A stretch of 64,000 bases of DNA from Podarcis liolepis (Eukaryota): the NCBI GenBank assembly GCA_965112155.1, contig OZ218101.1; one strand, written 5' to 3'. Under the pieces are notes generated by a model, which was not told where the DNA came from, did no database searches, and was given only the letters and a program-made list of their open reading frames with translations. The position numbers and the translations under genes were made by a program. This document shows positions 24,900-37,776 of this stretch, one piece after another (position 1 is the first letter of the stretch; each line of letters starts with the position of its first letter).

Positions 24900-25830
24900 C
24901 TTACAGACTGGTTGCAATACCATCAAGTAAATGATGTGTTTAAAATAGATAAGAAAAATGGATTTTCAAGTTTTGAAAAGGAATAATTGGAAAATAATGT
25001 GAAGTTACTTTCTAAAATGTATAATTTGTTACTAGAGTGGCATACTAAGGATGAAGAAGTCAAATCAGTAATAATAAAATGGGCTCAAGACATTGGGCAC
25101 AATATTCAATTTCCATCTTGGGAAAAATTATGGAGGGAAGATTTAAAATTTACAGTGTGCTGTGCGCTGAAGGAGAATTATATGAAAATGATGTATCAGT
25201 GGTACTTAACACCTGTAAAACTAGCAAAAATGTGTAGAACTGCTTCCAATGTTTGCTGGGAATGTAAGGAGAAGGAAAGCACCTTCTACCACATCTGGTG
25301 GACGTGCAAGATAACTAAAGCATTCTGGGAAATGATTTACATTGAGTTGAAAAAAAATGTTTAAAATAACATTTGTGAAAGAACCAGAGGCTTTTTCGTT
25401 AGGCATTTTAGGCACAGAAATTCCGAGGGAGCAGAAACAACTCTTCATGAATGTGACGACAGCAGCGAGGATACTACTGGCCCAGAGATGGAAAGAAGAC
25501 AACGTTCCAACCAGAGAAGAATGGCTGATGAAGATGATAGACTGCCAAAATGGCGGAACCGACTGGGAAAATCAGAAACCAGGAAGAGAAGAATTTCAGG
25601 AAGGAATGGGGAAAAATTGTAATGTACTTAAGAGAACACTGTAAACAACTAAAAACTTTGGCAGGATTTTGATAATGTATGAAAAACTGGGGAAAATGAT
25701 TATTAATTTTTTTGGACAAATTAGAGAAAATAGGATAAGCAGATAAAAAAAGATTGATAATGGTAACCATGGAAGGGCGGAGGGAAGTCGAAGGATTCAG
25801 AGAATCCTAAATGAAGAGGTGAATGATGTG
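24900..25830 (+). mobile_element. L1/Tx1-like LINE ORF2 C-terminal fragment (older subfamily)
   Basis: ORFs 24987-25364 and 25357-25644 align with the 10969-12305 element (LSKMYNLLL.W, KWAQD.GHNI, CWEC..FYHIWWTC). Confidence 0.9.
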
Positions 25831-25834
25831 TAAG

Positions 25835-26555
25835 AGCTGATTTCTTTAGGAATGGCATCACCACTGCTTTTTTCAGGCCGGAAGGGATCATTCCTTCCCA
25901 CAAGTGAGGTATTAAATCATGCTCTGGATACAACCAGTCAGTCCCTGCTCTGCTAGATTTAATAAACCAGGTGGGAGAGTGGTCAAAAGGTCATGTGACT
26001 GGACATATTTCTGTCTGCACTTTGTTCACATCAGCTGACTGCATAAAGTGAAACAGATTCCACAACACATTTCTGATGCTTTCATTGAGTACGTTAACCG
26101 GAGCTGCAACAAGTGCAGAATCTAGATCACTCTAAAGTTGAGCAACTTTGTCCTCAAAGTGTGTAGGCAGCTGTTCACAGCAGGTCTTTGAATTCTCCAG
26201 AGGTCCCCCTCCCACAGTGTGAATCAGTAACCTCTGGACCAGATACTAGAGGATGCAAAGCAAGTTGCGAAATGAGCCTTCTTTGTAGCCTGCATGGCCA
26301 CATGGTAGGCACAGATTTATGCTCTAACCATTGTCCGGTCAGCCACTGGTGCTCTAGTCTTCCTTTGACTTGCTTCATAGCTTGAAGCTGCTCAGAGTAC
26401 CAAGAGGCCGCTTGTGCTCCAAAACACCAGAGAGGATGTTCAAGAGTGATCATGTTAACTGCCCATTTCATCTCACTGTTCCATAGTGAGGCCAAGGCTT
26501 CAACAAGATCATCAGCTTTCTAGAACATTCAGAAACCCATCAGGTTCCATCAGTC
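25835..26555 (-). mobile_element. L2 LINE ORF2 internal fragment, degenerate
   Basis: Minus peptides LASLWNSEM..AVNMI, SWYSEQLQAMKQ..RLE, G.IPSGLKKAVVMPFLKK. Confidence 0.75.
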
Positions 26556-26576
26556 GGGGGGGGGGGCAAAAAAAAT

Positions 26577-27298
26577 GAGAGGCACAAATACAAGATGGGG
26601 GACACCTGGCTTGAGAGCAGTACATGTGAAAAGGATCTAGGTGGTTGACCACAAACTTGACATGAGCCAACAGTGTGACGTGGCAGCTAAAAAAGCCAAT
26701 GCAATTCTGGGCTGCATCAATAGGAGTATAGCATCTAGATCAAGGGAAGTAATAGTGCCACTGTATTCTGCTCTGGTCAGACCTCACCTGGAGTACTGTG
26801 TCCAGTTCTGGGCACCACAATTCAAGAAGGACACTGACAAACTGGAACGTGTCCAGAGGAGGGCAACCAAAATGGTCAAAGGCCTGGAAACGATGCCTTA
26901 TGAGGAACGGCTAAGGGAGCTGGGCATGTTTAGCCTGGAGAAGAGGAGGTTAAGGGGTGATATGATAGCCATGTTCAAATATATAAAAGGATGTCAAATG
27001 GAGGAGGGAGAAAGGTTGTTTTCTGCTGCTCCAGAGAAGCGGACACGGAGCAATGGATCCAAACTACAAGAAAGTAGATTCCACCTAAACATTAGGAAGA
27101 ACTTCCTGACAGTAAGAGCTGTTCGACAGTGGAATTTGCTGCCAAGGAGTGTGGTGGAGTCTCCTTCTTTGGAGGTCTTTAAGCAGAGGCTTGACAACCA
27201 TATGTCAGGAGTGCTCTGATGGTGTTTCCTGCTTGGCAGGGGGTTGGACTCAATGGCCCTTGTGGTCTCTTCCAACTCTATGATTCTATGATTCTATG
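26577..27298 (+). mobile_element. Young CR1 LINE 3' end
   Basis: Uninterrupted 192-aa ORF 26641-27219 ([40 protein letters not shown]) and (ATTCTATG)n tail. Confidence 0.97.
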
Positions 27299-27567
27299 AC
27301 CTGAACAAGCCCAACACACTTTTGTCTTTTTAGCACCTTACTGAGAAAGTCAAGAAAATCCAAAAATATGTCAGAGAAAACAAAACTTCCCCAGATACTT
27401 AAAAATGGAATCATATTTCTACATAATTTTAAATTATAAATCTGCACCATTCAAGCATGTCCTCCTTGATCCAGTAAGAGAGAGATCAGTGTGGGGGGAG
27501 CAGCCTTCCCCACACTTAGCTAATCAGGATTCAGGTGAATTATTTCCATCTGCTTTGCAATGCTCAC

Positions 27568-27630
27568 CTCTGAAGTGTCTGGATTTGTCTTTTGATATGA
27601 ATGGTGTTACATTTCTCCGTCTGAGGCCAT
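27568..27630 (-). other. Candidate 63-nt exon
   Basis: Donor GAG|gtgagc strong, acceptor weak; open in two frames (GLRRRNVTPFISKDKSRHFR or WPQTEKCNTIHIKRQIQTLQ). Confidence 0.3.
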
Positions 27631-28928
27631 CTGTAATTACATACGACCAATTAGGCATGACTAGAGTTGGATAGGGGCCAATGCTTTAGTTTCCCCCAGA
27701 ATGGCCTTATTTAAACTCTAACGTGTGTACACAACTGATCAAGTCTCGTACGCTTACAGGCAAATTACGCCTACCTAAATTTAACCCCCCAAAGTAATTA
27801 TTCTGGCAGGTAGTGCTTTTCACTCTTTTATGCCAACTTTGATCATTGGCCAGCCAGCTCTGCCTTTCCTGGTCTGTATGATGCTTTCTGTTCCTGCAGC
27901 CTTAGAAGATGGCAAGCAAATGGACCAATGCATCATGTCAGAAGCAGAGGAATACAAGCTGGAGGCAGGAAATACTTCAGAAAGCTGAGGAATTATCTTA
28001 TTATTATTGTTTATGCATTCTCTGATGTTTGTTTAACATCTTTTACATTTTCCATCTTACAATATTTCATTAATTTGTTCAAGCTTCCCAACCTAACCCT
28101 CATTGGCATTCTGGAAAAACTTAGTTTGCTGCAGCTCCATTTATTTCTCCACCCTTCTTTCACCCTATCTTTCCCTTGGCTTATGTTGACTGCTGTTCAG
28201 AAAGTTATTCCTACTTGCTGATTAAATCTGACATCTTCTCTTTTTAAGTATTCCCCAAGGTATTCCCGTTCAACCTTTATTTATTTTTTCATTGCAGACC
28301 CTTATCTTGGCTGGCATATCCCCATATCTGTTACTGCTGTGGATGTATCCACTTATTCATTCAGGACAATATCATGAGAGTTGGGGAACGAAACAGGTTG
28401 GACAGTGCTGGATCACAAATGGCAGGTCCCATTGCATAGGCAGCTGAAAATGTACCTTGTGCATTATTGTGCGGCTGGTTAAGCAGGCCTCCTTGGCTGC
28501 TTCACTGCATCCTCAGCTGAGCTTTTAAGAATTTTCTGACGGTTGTTGACACCTTTCTCAGCTAATGAAGCTTTGGATCCCTTGATGGCTTGCTGTGACG
28601 CTTTGACATGGCACCTTGAGGATAAACTCACCAGTCTCTTTGTTGAACCTGATGCTGTCTTAAGAGTAAGTCCAAGTGAGATGTGCAATGTCTAGACCAA
28701 TTTTGTGGGATCAGTTTCAGTTGATGTGGCCTGAGGATGTGGACAAGGTGCTTACAGCAATATGGCTAACCATGTGTCCTATGTTTCTCTTGGCTAGTTT
28801 GGGGGAGGGCAGCTTACAGTCTGGGTCCAGGGTCCACAACATGAGACAGTGGTGCCTGCCACCCTCAAGGGCTTAATGGTTTTCTGCATCTACCATTCCA
28901 TTGGTAGCACACACACCCTTCTGAAATA

Positions 28929-29180
28929 CAGTGGTACCTCGGTTTTTGAACGTAATCTGTTCTGGAAGACCGTTTGAGTTCTGAAATGTTCAAAAACCAA
29001 GGCACAAAAAGTGGTCTGCAACTTTAATAAAGAAAATTGAGAAAAATGACATATACACCCAGTGGAAGCCATTCGACTTCTGAGGCATGTTCGAAAATGG
29101 AAGCATTTACTTTTGGGTTTACGGCATTCGAGTTCTGAAACGTTCATCAACAAAGACGTTTGAAAACCAAGGTACCACTG
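28929..29180. mobile_element. Tc1/mariner-pogo-type MITE, family B
   Basis: TA|CAGTGGTACCTCGGTTTT...AAAACCAAGGTACCACTG|TA. Confidence 0.9.
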
Positions 29181-29201
29181 TAGTTGTGGCATGACTTCAG
29201 G

Positions 29202-29593
29202 CAGGGGCGAACGAAGGCGTCGTGACACCCGGGGCGGCAAACTGCTATGTACGGCACATGTGTGGTGTCGCTACGTACAGTGCATGCGCCGTACGTAATG
29301 ACACCGCACAAGTGCTGTACATAGCAGTTTGCCAGTGGCGGCGCTCCAGCACCGTACAGACGGTGCTGGGATCCTCTGGTTGCGGCTGTAGCAGCGACGG
29401 AAGGATCCCACCACCGTCCGTATGGCGCTGGAGCACCGCCACTGGCAAACCGCTATGCACAGCATATGTGCAGCGTTGTTACGTAAAGTGCATGCATGCG
29501 ACACCACACATGCACTGCCTTCTTGTCACCCCCCCCCCAGACATGGCACCCGGGCCGCACCGCACCTCCCCCCCCCCCGTTGCAATACCACTG
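29202..29593. mobile_element. hAT-type non-autonomous element with internal inverted repeats
   Basis: Perfect 8-bp TSD ACTTCAGG (29194-29201 / 29594-29601); imperfect TIRs CAGGGGCG / TACCACTG. Confidence 0.85.
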
Positions 29594-30172
29594 ACTTCAG
29601 GCATGCTTGGTGGTTACTTGTTATTTAATCTCATTTCAATATGTGTTCAGACATAATTTTGAGGTTAGATATTGCTGTTTGCCCTGATGGATGACCTTTA
29701 TCAAGAGAGAGATGGGGGAGTAAGTTCCCATTATTCTTATTTGATCTCTCATTGGCTTTTGCTACCATTGACAATGATATCCTCCTGGACTGGTTTGGTG
29801 AAATGAAAATTATGGTTACCAACTTGTACCCTAAGCTATTTAATATCTGTATGAAGCTGTTGGGAGCAGCCATTAGAAGATTTGGAATGTGGATTATGAA
29901 GTGATGACACTCAACCCTATTTCTCTGACAGTTGACTCACTTAAGGGTGTGCCAGCCCAGAACCGTGTCTGAGCACAATGGTGAACAGAATAAGGCCCAA
30001 TAAAATTTCTATGAACATAAGAAATGCATAAGGGCAAATGTAATATAATAACTGCCTTAAAGAACACACTCTTAGTTTAGAGGTCAGTGGTCCTCATATC
30101 CCGAAAGAACACTAAAGCAAGATGTAAAAAGCTAATGTGATTGTATTAATTAGGTTGTTATAAAGAGCAGAC

Positions 30173-30238
30173 CTTGTCAGTTTTATTGCTGTGCTAAGGA
30201 CCATAGGGTATTTATGCCTTCTGGTCAGAACAGCATTG
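30173..30238 (-). other. Candidate 66-nt exon (NAVLTRRHKYPMVLSTAIKLT, phase 2-2)
   Basis: Acceptor cttcttttagcttttgctttcag strong, donor AAG|gtctgc weak; single open frame. Confidence 0.25.
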
Positions 30239-30570
30239 CTGAAAGCAAAAGCTAAAAGAAGTATCCTTTGGACAAGATGGTTGTGGTTACCCCAAAGGTC
30301 TAAACCAGTGATTTTCACACTGTGTTACAGAAAACCAGGAGGATATTTGGAAGGTTACCAGGAGCAAAAAAACCAGCAATGGCAGCGGACAAACTGCATG
30401 GAAAGACAGTTTGCTCACCACTAGCAACCTTTCCATTCAACATTTAAGTCTCCTTTATGCGTACAGGATCTATGAGATGGTGGGACGTGAAGCTGCACAA
30501 CACCCTGAACATGTTTACTGGCACTGATGTCTGCAGTGGGGAAATCTATGCACAAGTAGCTGCTCACAAA

Positions 30571-30669
30571 TAGGGAAATTCGTCTAGCGAAGCAACGCAA
30601 AAACCGAAAAACCCTTTCGTCTAGCGAGTTTTTCGTCTTGCGAGGCATTCGTCTTGCGGGGCACCACTG
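30571..30669. mobile_element. One-ended copy of MITE family C
   Basis: Reverse complement of the left end of 33423-33785 (TTCGTCTTGCGGGGCACCACTG|TA). Confidence 0.85.
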
Positions 30670-32884
30670 TATACTTCACCCTCAACCCCTCACCAAAACA
30701 AAGTCTAAAGATGCGTAAAATCTCTTCTTCCCTTTAATTTTGCCTCTCTCACTTTCATTTCTTCCCTATGTAGCCTTCCCATTCTTTTAAATCGCACTCT
30801 CTTCGGGGCAGCGACTTCCCTCTAATGTTACTCTGCACAGTGATGGCATATTATAGATGGAAAGAAGGAGCAAACGGTTTGTAATGATGGCTGGGATTTT
30901 ACCATTCATCCAGAGGGTATAAAAATGTACAAATGTTAATGAGCGCTCTCTTGTGATATTCTTAACAGAAAGTGAATATGGATTCATACAATTAGCCTCC
31001 TGCAGTTTTTCAGTTACTTTTATAAAATGAATGAGTACCTCAATAGAGCTGCTTTGGTCTACTTGTTAAGGAGTAAATGCCTGGAAAGTGTTAGCTTCAC
31101 AGTAGAGCTACCTCTCTTCCTAGATTGCATTGGTACCAATTCAAGAAAAAGCACAGGGTGTGATGCAGTCAAAATTCAGCATTAAGAAGTCCCACTGATT
31201 CCAATGGGAAAGTTGATTTTGTAATTTCAGGTTGTGCAATGACCACGAGATTTGGCTTGGACCCCAATTACTGCTTCAAAAAACCCAGGCAAATTTGGTC
31301 TGAATCACTTTGGAGGCTGTCTGATTTGGTTTAGATCTGAATGCCCCTAGGTCAGAAACCTGCCAAACTGCAGGCAAATAGACACAGTGCTTTTCTTGCT
31401 AGGTACCTTTAAAGGTGGTTTTGGGGAGGAGGGAGAGCTAAAAGGGATTTACTTCCTTCCCTGTGGTTTTGTGGGCAACAATTTTGTTATAAAAACAATA
31501 TAAATTGTAAAGGTGCCCACATTTCAGGATGGGGGGGGCGGTTATGATGAATGGAAAAAAGAGCTTCAGGCACATGTTTAGCTAAATTGGCACCAAAGGT
31601 TACAGAAATGAAGTAGTTGGCTTCTATTTCCCATGGCTGAGTCCTCCAAAACTCTTGCAGGTTGCAACACCGTGGAAAATTCAGGTGTTTACTCTGAGGT
31701 CTTCTTCTCACTTGTTTTAGGAGAGCTGTTGCAAGGCAGCTTGTTTCTGCCTCACAAATATACATATGAAAGGAAGACAAAACCACATGGAACACCAGTG
31801 TTGCTCCTCCGTAAACTGAGGAAATACTGGCATGGAGAGGAGCTACAGGATGCGTCCTGCTCCATGACCAGAGTCTTCCAAAATTACAGATGTAATATCG
31901 CTGGAACCATTTTGGAAACAGCTTGAGAATTTATAGTTCTGCCAGTGTCAGTGCCTTAAACAACAACACCCCAGTTAGCTGCCCAGTCTACTTCTATGAC
32001 TTCACTCTCTACATCTTACTTCTCTTTCCTGTCACCAGAAGGAGAAGGGGATGCTCCGCTTCATAAAAATCTGAGCTTAAAAAAAAGGAAAGCAAGGAGA
32101 TGTTGTAAATGTAGGAAGCTAATTGGATTAAAATGAGAAGCCCGTCTTTCATTTTTCGTAATTGCTGCCATTGTACAGAAAGGCCATTCTGGAAAGATAA
32201 TTACTCTGGACAGTTTAGAAGACTTGCTTTGATTTTCCTTTGTTATCATCTTATATAAAGTAAAAAGCTAATGATAACAGATTTAATTTTTATAAAAGGT
32301 TGACATTCTATCAATGTAAAATATCATACGCTCTCTCCAGGACCTCTTATGTTCAGCAATACTCTTGGCTCAAAAGTGGAGCATGGAGGTGGCAGTGATA
32401 GGCGAGGGTGGCCCCAAAATCAAACCAGCAGCAGCTCCCAGAGGCATTCAGCAGGCAGAACAAATTCTGCATCAGTATCACACCAACCGCACAGCTACCA
32501 GAGGGTGCACAGCAAGCTCTTTGTTATTTTATTTTATTTATTTAGCACTTTTAAGTGGCATACGTAAAAACAATTCACAGAAAATGGGACAATAAAACAA
32601 TATAAAATTATCATAAAACCAAATGTTACCTGAAAATGCCTGCTGGAACAAGGAAGTCTAGTCAGCAAGGAAGGTGCCACCTAAGCTTGGACTGGAGGGA
32701 GTTCCATAGGCTTTTGCCCACTACACTGAATGCATGGCTTCTGGATCTTATGAGCCAAGCTATGCGTCTGAGCCATGGCTGCCACTGGCAGAGGACCCTG
32801 CCCAAGACCTCAGTGATCAGGCCAATGTACAGGGGATCAGGAGGTCCTGAACAACATTCGTATACGCACATTTAACACACAAGG

Positions 32885-33078
32885 GGGCTCATCCACACTT
32901 CCCGTTTGCCTGGCCACTTTCCCTTGAGAAAACCGGCTATTTGGCACTGAATCAGAGCAAACAGCAACTGGCTTTTCCACGGATTGTCATTTGTCCCAAT
33001 TTGATTTCCGGGTGGAAGGGAAAACCGCTCAGACCTGTGCTTTCTAGACATGGGACAATTGGAAGTGTGGATAAGCTC
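32885..33078. mobile_element. PIF/Harbinger-like MITE
   Basis: TIRs GGCTCATCCACACTTCC / GGAAGTGTGGATAAGC. Confidence 0.55.
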
Positions 33079-33173
33079 TCCATTTTCCAACTTTTTGCTG
33101 CTTAACACCCTCCAAAACTGACTTCCAGGGGAGTAAGTAAAGTGCACTAGTAGGTAAGACATTAACACACACG

Positions 33174-33212
<39 letters not shown>

Positions 33213-33422
33213 CTCCCTGCCTCTAAGGAGCTCATATTCTAAATTTGGAGCAGGAGGAAACCACAGAGGGAGGAGAGATAAAGGCAACAGAAGAATGATA
33301 CCCTTCTGTGCATTCTTCCATGTACATGGAAGGAAAGCCCATCTCCTGACACAGTGACATCCTGCTGGTCCTCCTAACCCAATATCCATACACTCAGCAG
33401 GATATCTGCAAAGGAGGGGCTA

Positions 33423-33785
33423 CAGTGGTGCCCCGCAAGACGAATGCCTCGCAAGACGGAAAACCCGCTAGACGAAAGGGTTTTCTGTTTTTCAATGCAC
33501 TTCGCAGGACGAATTTCCCTATGGGCTTGCTTCGCAAGACGAAAATGTCTTGCAAGTCTTGAGATATTTTTCGCTTTCCCCCCACTTTTTCTAAGCCACT
33601 AAGCCTTTAATAGCCTTTTAGCAGCTAAGCCGCTAAGCCGCTAAGCCTTTAATAGCCGCTAAACCGCTAATAGCGCTAATCCGCTAAGCCGCTAAGCCGC
33701 TAATAGGGTTGCTTCGCAAGATGAAAAAACCGCTAGACGAAGATACTCACGGAACGGATTAATTTCGTCTTGCGAGGCACCACTG
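33423..33785. mobile_element. Tc1/mariner-pogo-type MITE, family C, with internal GCTAAGCC tandem array
   Basis: TA|CAGTGGTGCCCCGCAAGACGAA...TTCGTCTTGCGAGGCACCACTG|TA; 8-mer array ~33593-33705. Confidence 0.9.
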
Positions 33786-36700
33786 TATTCCTATACAACT
33801 GCATAGACACAGTTGCACATGTCATGTGACAAAGGTCTTTGAAGAGCAGAAGCAGTAAAGTGTATAAAGTGTTGAAAAATGCTGAAAAGTGCAGATTCAT
33901 TCAGCTAGCTGACTCACTCTGACTCATCCTCTAGAATGATGACTCATCCTTTGTACAAATATTGTATTTTTGAAGACATACGGAGCCAGGAAGGATAAAT
34001 ACAATGAGCTCAGTGTGTTTCTCTAGCCTAGTCTAATCTTCTTCTGTTTTACCTTGCTCTCCTACATTATGTGTTTGTAAAGAAGTATGTTTTGCCTCAG
34101 TAAAGTTTTATTCATTTACTGTGAAGACTCTGCATTTTGACTTTGCTGCACAACAGCACATGTGTAGATACTCCATGTGATTGCAGGTAGTGGCTGTTCC
34201 TTGGATCTCCTGGGCATACACTCTCCTTAACATACAGAGATAAGTTCGGGTTAACATGAGGACCAGAAGGGGTGGTCCTCTTCCTACACACATGGACTGA
34301 CGTGTGAAAGGGGACTGGAAAATATTGAGAAGTTCTATTAAACTTCATTGCCAGCTACAATCTCTCACTCAGGCTACTTGAATCCCACTGAAACTCTGCA
34401 GGATTTACAGCTTAATGGTTTAAGCCAAAAGCCTTATGGGAAACATGGGTTTTTCCAAAAGGTACTGAAAGAACCAAGTGGCACACACAGGTGTTTTAAT
34501 AGTCAGCCATGCACCTGGAATTTCATAGTGGGGAAGCCCGTTGGCCTTATATCAAGCCTATTTGAAGAATAGTTTACAACAGAGACGCTACAAAACCCTT
34601 CCCCATTTGTAGACCCTGTTCTGCCAAAGGCAAAGAAGAAGAAGAAGAAGATTCGACATCTCACGCACTGGCAAAATCTTCCATCTCTCTCTCTCTTTGT
34701 CTCTACAAACCCCAGCTGCACTCGGGCTGTCCTTCCATTGGCATCAACAAACAGATTGCTGGGGGCAAATGGTACTGGTGCTCAAAAGAAAGAGAGGCAA
34801 AAGCAATTGACAAGGAAAGGCATTTCAGACAATCTAGAAACAGGATTTTAAAAATTGCAGCTTGGAAAGTCAAATTCTATTATCAGGATAAGTTGCCGTA
34901 CAGAATACATGTACGCAATGTGGCTGAGTTTCAGAGCATCAGTCTTAAGATCAGAGCGGGTTCAAATCTACACTCAGTCACTTGCACCTAGGGCTGACCA
35001 AAAACATTTGGTAACTGAGGTGAACCACAGAATGGAGCCCACCCCACCTGCCCACCCCCGGCAGTTTAGTGAGATGGAGGTGATGGTGTGGAATAACTTT
35101 ACTTTATCTGAAAAAGTACAAAAGCAGACTTTTAAACACAACTGCAATGCATACCACTTGGTGGCCCCCACACAAAAGTTGACTTGTAGTGTTTTGTGCC
35201 CCCTGGAACTTTCAAAAGGTTACCTGCTTTTAGCATTCCAATTCCAATACATGTGAGCGCTGAGTTGCCCCAACCACACCTGCCCAATGTACACAGTGAC
35301 ACACTCAGGTATCAGGTTCAAATCCCAGCTTCTGCTTAAAGCTCATATGGTCACCTTGAACCAATGTCAGCCTCTCACCCTCACCTACGTCTCAGGGTGG
35401 TTGTGATGAACAAATGTGAAGGGAAACGGGTCATGGTCAACACCTTTATCTCCAACCAATAAACAGAACCTACCTCACAGAGTTGCTGTGGAGATTAAAC
35501 GAGGAAGAGAAGAACCATGTACACCACTCGGAGCTCCATCTGTTGAATAAAAAGGTAGTTTCTTTACTAAACTCCTTGTTTTTCAGGCTGTAAGACTATG
35601 CACACTTGCCTTGGAGTAAGGAAGCATCAGGATCTGGGGGGGGGGGAGTAAAGATTTGCATGGGGGAACGGAAGGAAGGAGGGAAGATCAACACTGGTAA
35701 AGTGGCAGCTTTGGCTTCGCCTTGTTCTCCTCCAGCTGTCTCACTTTTCAGGCTCAGTGAATCAAGGCAGTGTTGTTGCTGCACAGCAGCCTCTGGGCAA
35801 AAACGGAGGTGGAATCTGGCCGAAACTGAGCCAGAAGCCGAGGCCAGAGAAGGAGAGAGGTGGGTTGAATGGCCAATAAGGCAGTTTCTGAATGTGCCAG
35901 AGAGGGAGGTGAGGGGGCTCAACCTGGAAAGGTAGCCCATCTAGAAGAATGAAAATTCTGATCCTAAACCTCTGCTGCCTTTAGGATATCTATGGGAAGA
36001 AGAAAATGCTAAAGAGTAAACCCTACACAAATCCAGAGTGGAGCCCCTAAGGTGGTTGGGTGGTGCCTTATATGCCTCCTTCCAGCAGCCAAGCTGGTGC
36101 CAAACGAATTGCTCTGCTTTCCTTTGGACCACATCAATGAAGACGAGAGTCTTGTTGTCCTCTGAGTAGCCCAGGACCTCCCCCCCCCCACTGCCCAGGC
36201 TTGCACTCTGGAGAGGTCACTTTGGTGCTGCTAGGGCAGCAATTTGACTTCACCCCCAGATTGTTGACGGATGCCAACAATATATATGAGATATAGAACT
36301 CACAAGATTTTGACAGGCAATTGAATTCCACATTAAATGTTGTACTCTGTATTTCTAGCTATGCAGATTTCTCAGTTTAACCCGGGTGATGTACAGTTTT
36401 GTTTTGTTTTTAAATCTGAACTTTGTAATGGAGAAACAGCTGCCTCTAAATCTGCACCCCCAGTGAGTTTTTAAAGTGATCAAATAATAGCTTCACTAGG
36501 GACACCGCACCCCTCAATATGACAAGAGTACAAGAGAGAATTGTTAACTGAGTGAAAGAAAGCCATTTCTATAATCTATCCAGAGCTACACTTTGATTTA
36601 AAATCAGCCAGATACATTGTTGTGTGGATGATGACTGTATAGATAAAAGGGGCATTCTGGGCTGGTGATTGCAGAAGTGAATAATGAGAGGATCCTTCCT

Positions 36701-37776
36701 TGATTGAGACAGAGAAAATGTTACCTTTTCACATTCTTTGCTGGGAGAATAAAAGTCATAGATGAGGTGTTAGAGCTTTGAAGTAACTTCCTTGCAGGGG
36801 AAAATGAATAATGACACTTTTCAGTGAGGCAGCACAGATATAATGCTATGGTGGTAATAGGACTGCGCAAGATATGTGACAGAACTGAGCAGAAAAGGGG
36901 GCCCTGGGAAGGAGGGAAGGTCACTTTAATGATCAATGCAAGAAAGCATTTTTACTACTAATTTTTTCCTTTCTTAAAATACGTCAGATTAAATTAACCT
37001 CAATTCCTGTGTAGCAAGAGGTAGGTTGGAATAGTCTAGAAGGAAAATGTCTGGGTTGTGTGAAAGCACCAAAGCAGGAAGCAAAAGTGCCTCATGATAC
37101 AACTAACTTTTTCTAAGGGGAGAATGGTGTGACAGAATGGCCTCTTTCTCCAATTCAGCAGTGAGCACTGGTCCCTAGCCACCACGGAGCAATCTGGGCA
37201 CCACCAGGCCCTCTGTTCAAATTCAGCCAATCCGTGGCATGCTGGGGGCAGGGCCTGGGGAGCAAACCTGAGTGTTGCAGTCTTCACTCAGGTCCACTCA
37301 GAAGCAGCCTTGTGCTCCTGGCCTGGATGTTCTCACTAGCTCTGCTCCTGGACTTTATTGGGGGGGGGGGGCTTCAGGAGAGGGACTGCTCTTCATCAAG
37401 AGCAACATGGCCAAGACATCAGTGGCAGTGGCTGTAACTTTGGTGTCTTGTGCTAGAGCTTATTTTTTCTTTATTCCACCTGTTCTTTTTTCCTCATATG
37501 CTGTGTCTTCATATTGTGAACCTAACCTAAGGGCAGGAACTATCTTAGAATTTTATTTTATTTTTTGTAAAATGTTCTGAAAGTCATTTTTGTGGGAATG
37601 TTGAGGGTGACAGGAGAGGATATATTGTTTATTAATATCCTTCCTAACTTGCACTAGCAAGTTTCTTCACTTAGTAGAGTGCATTCCCCTTCTTACACAG
37701 CAAAAAGCTGGTTGCAAACTCGTGTGAGTTTCTTAAAACAATAAGCAATTCAATCCGGCTTATCCAGATTGCGATA

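Noticed and set aside
26641-27219. Intact 192-aa ORF as a domesticated gene
   Set aside because: Ordinary young CR1 3' end with its tail; lacks the RT core.
33593-33705. CRISPR-like repeat array
   Set aside because: Tandem 8-mers with no unique spacers, in eukaryotic DNA inside a MITE.
34120-34314. Minus-strand 195-nt exon candidate open in two frames
   Set aside because: Neither peptide is recognisable and its phase does not fit the phase-2 chain; cannot be distinguished from chance.
35606-35935. GC-rich ORF with plus-strand splice-like sites
   Set aside because: No partner exons found on the plus strand, and the composition looks like a decayed repeat.
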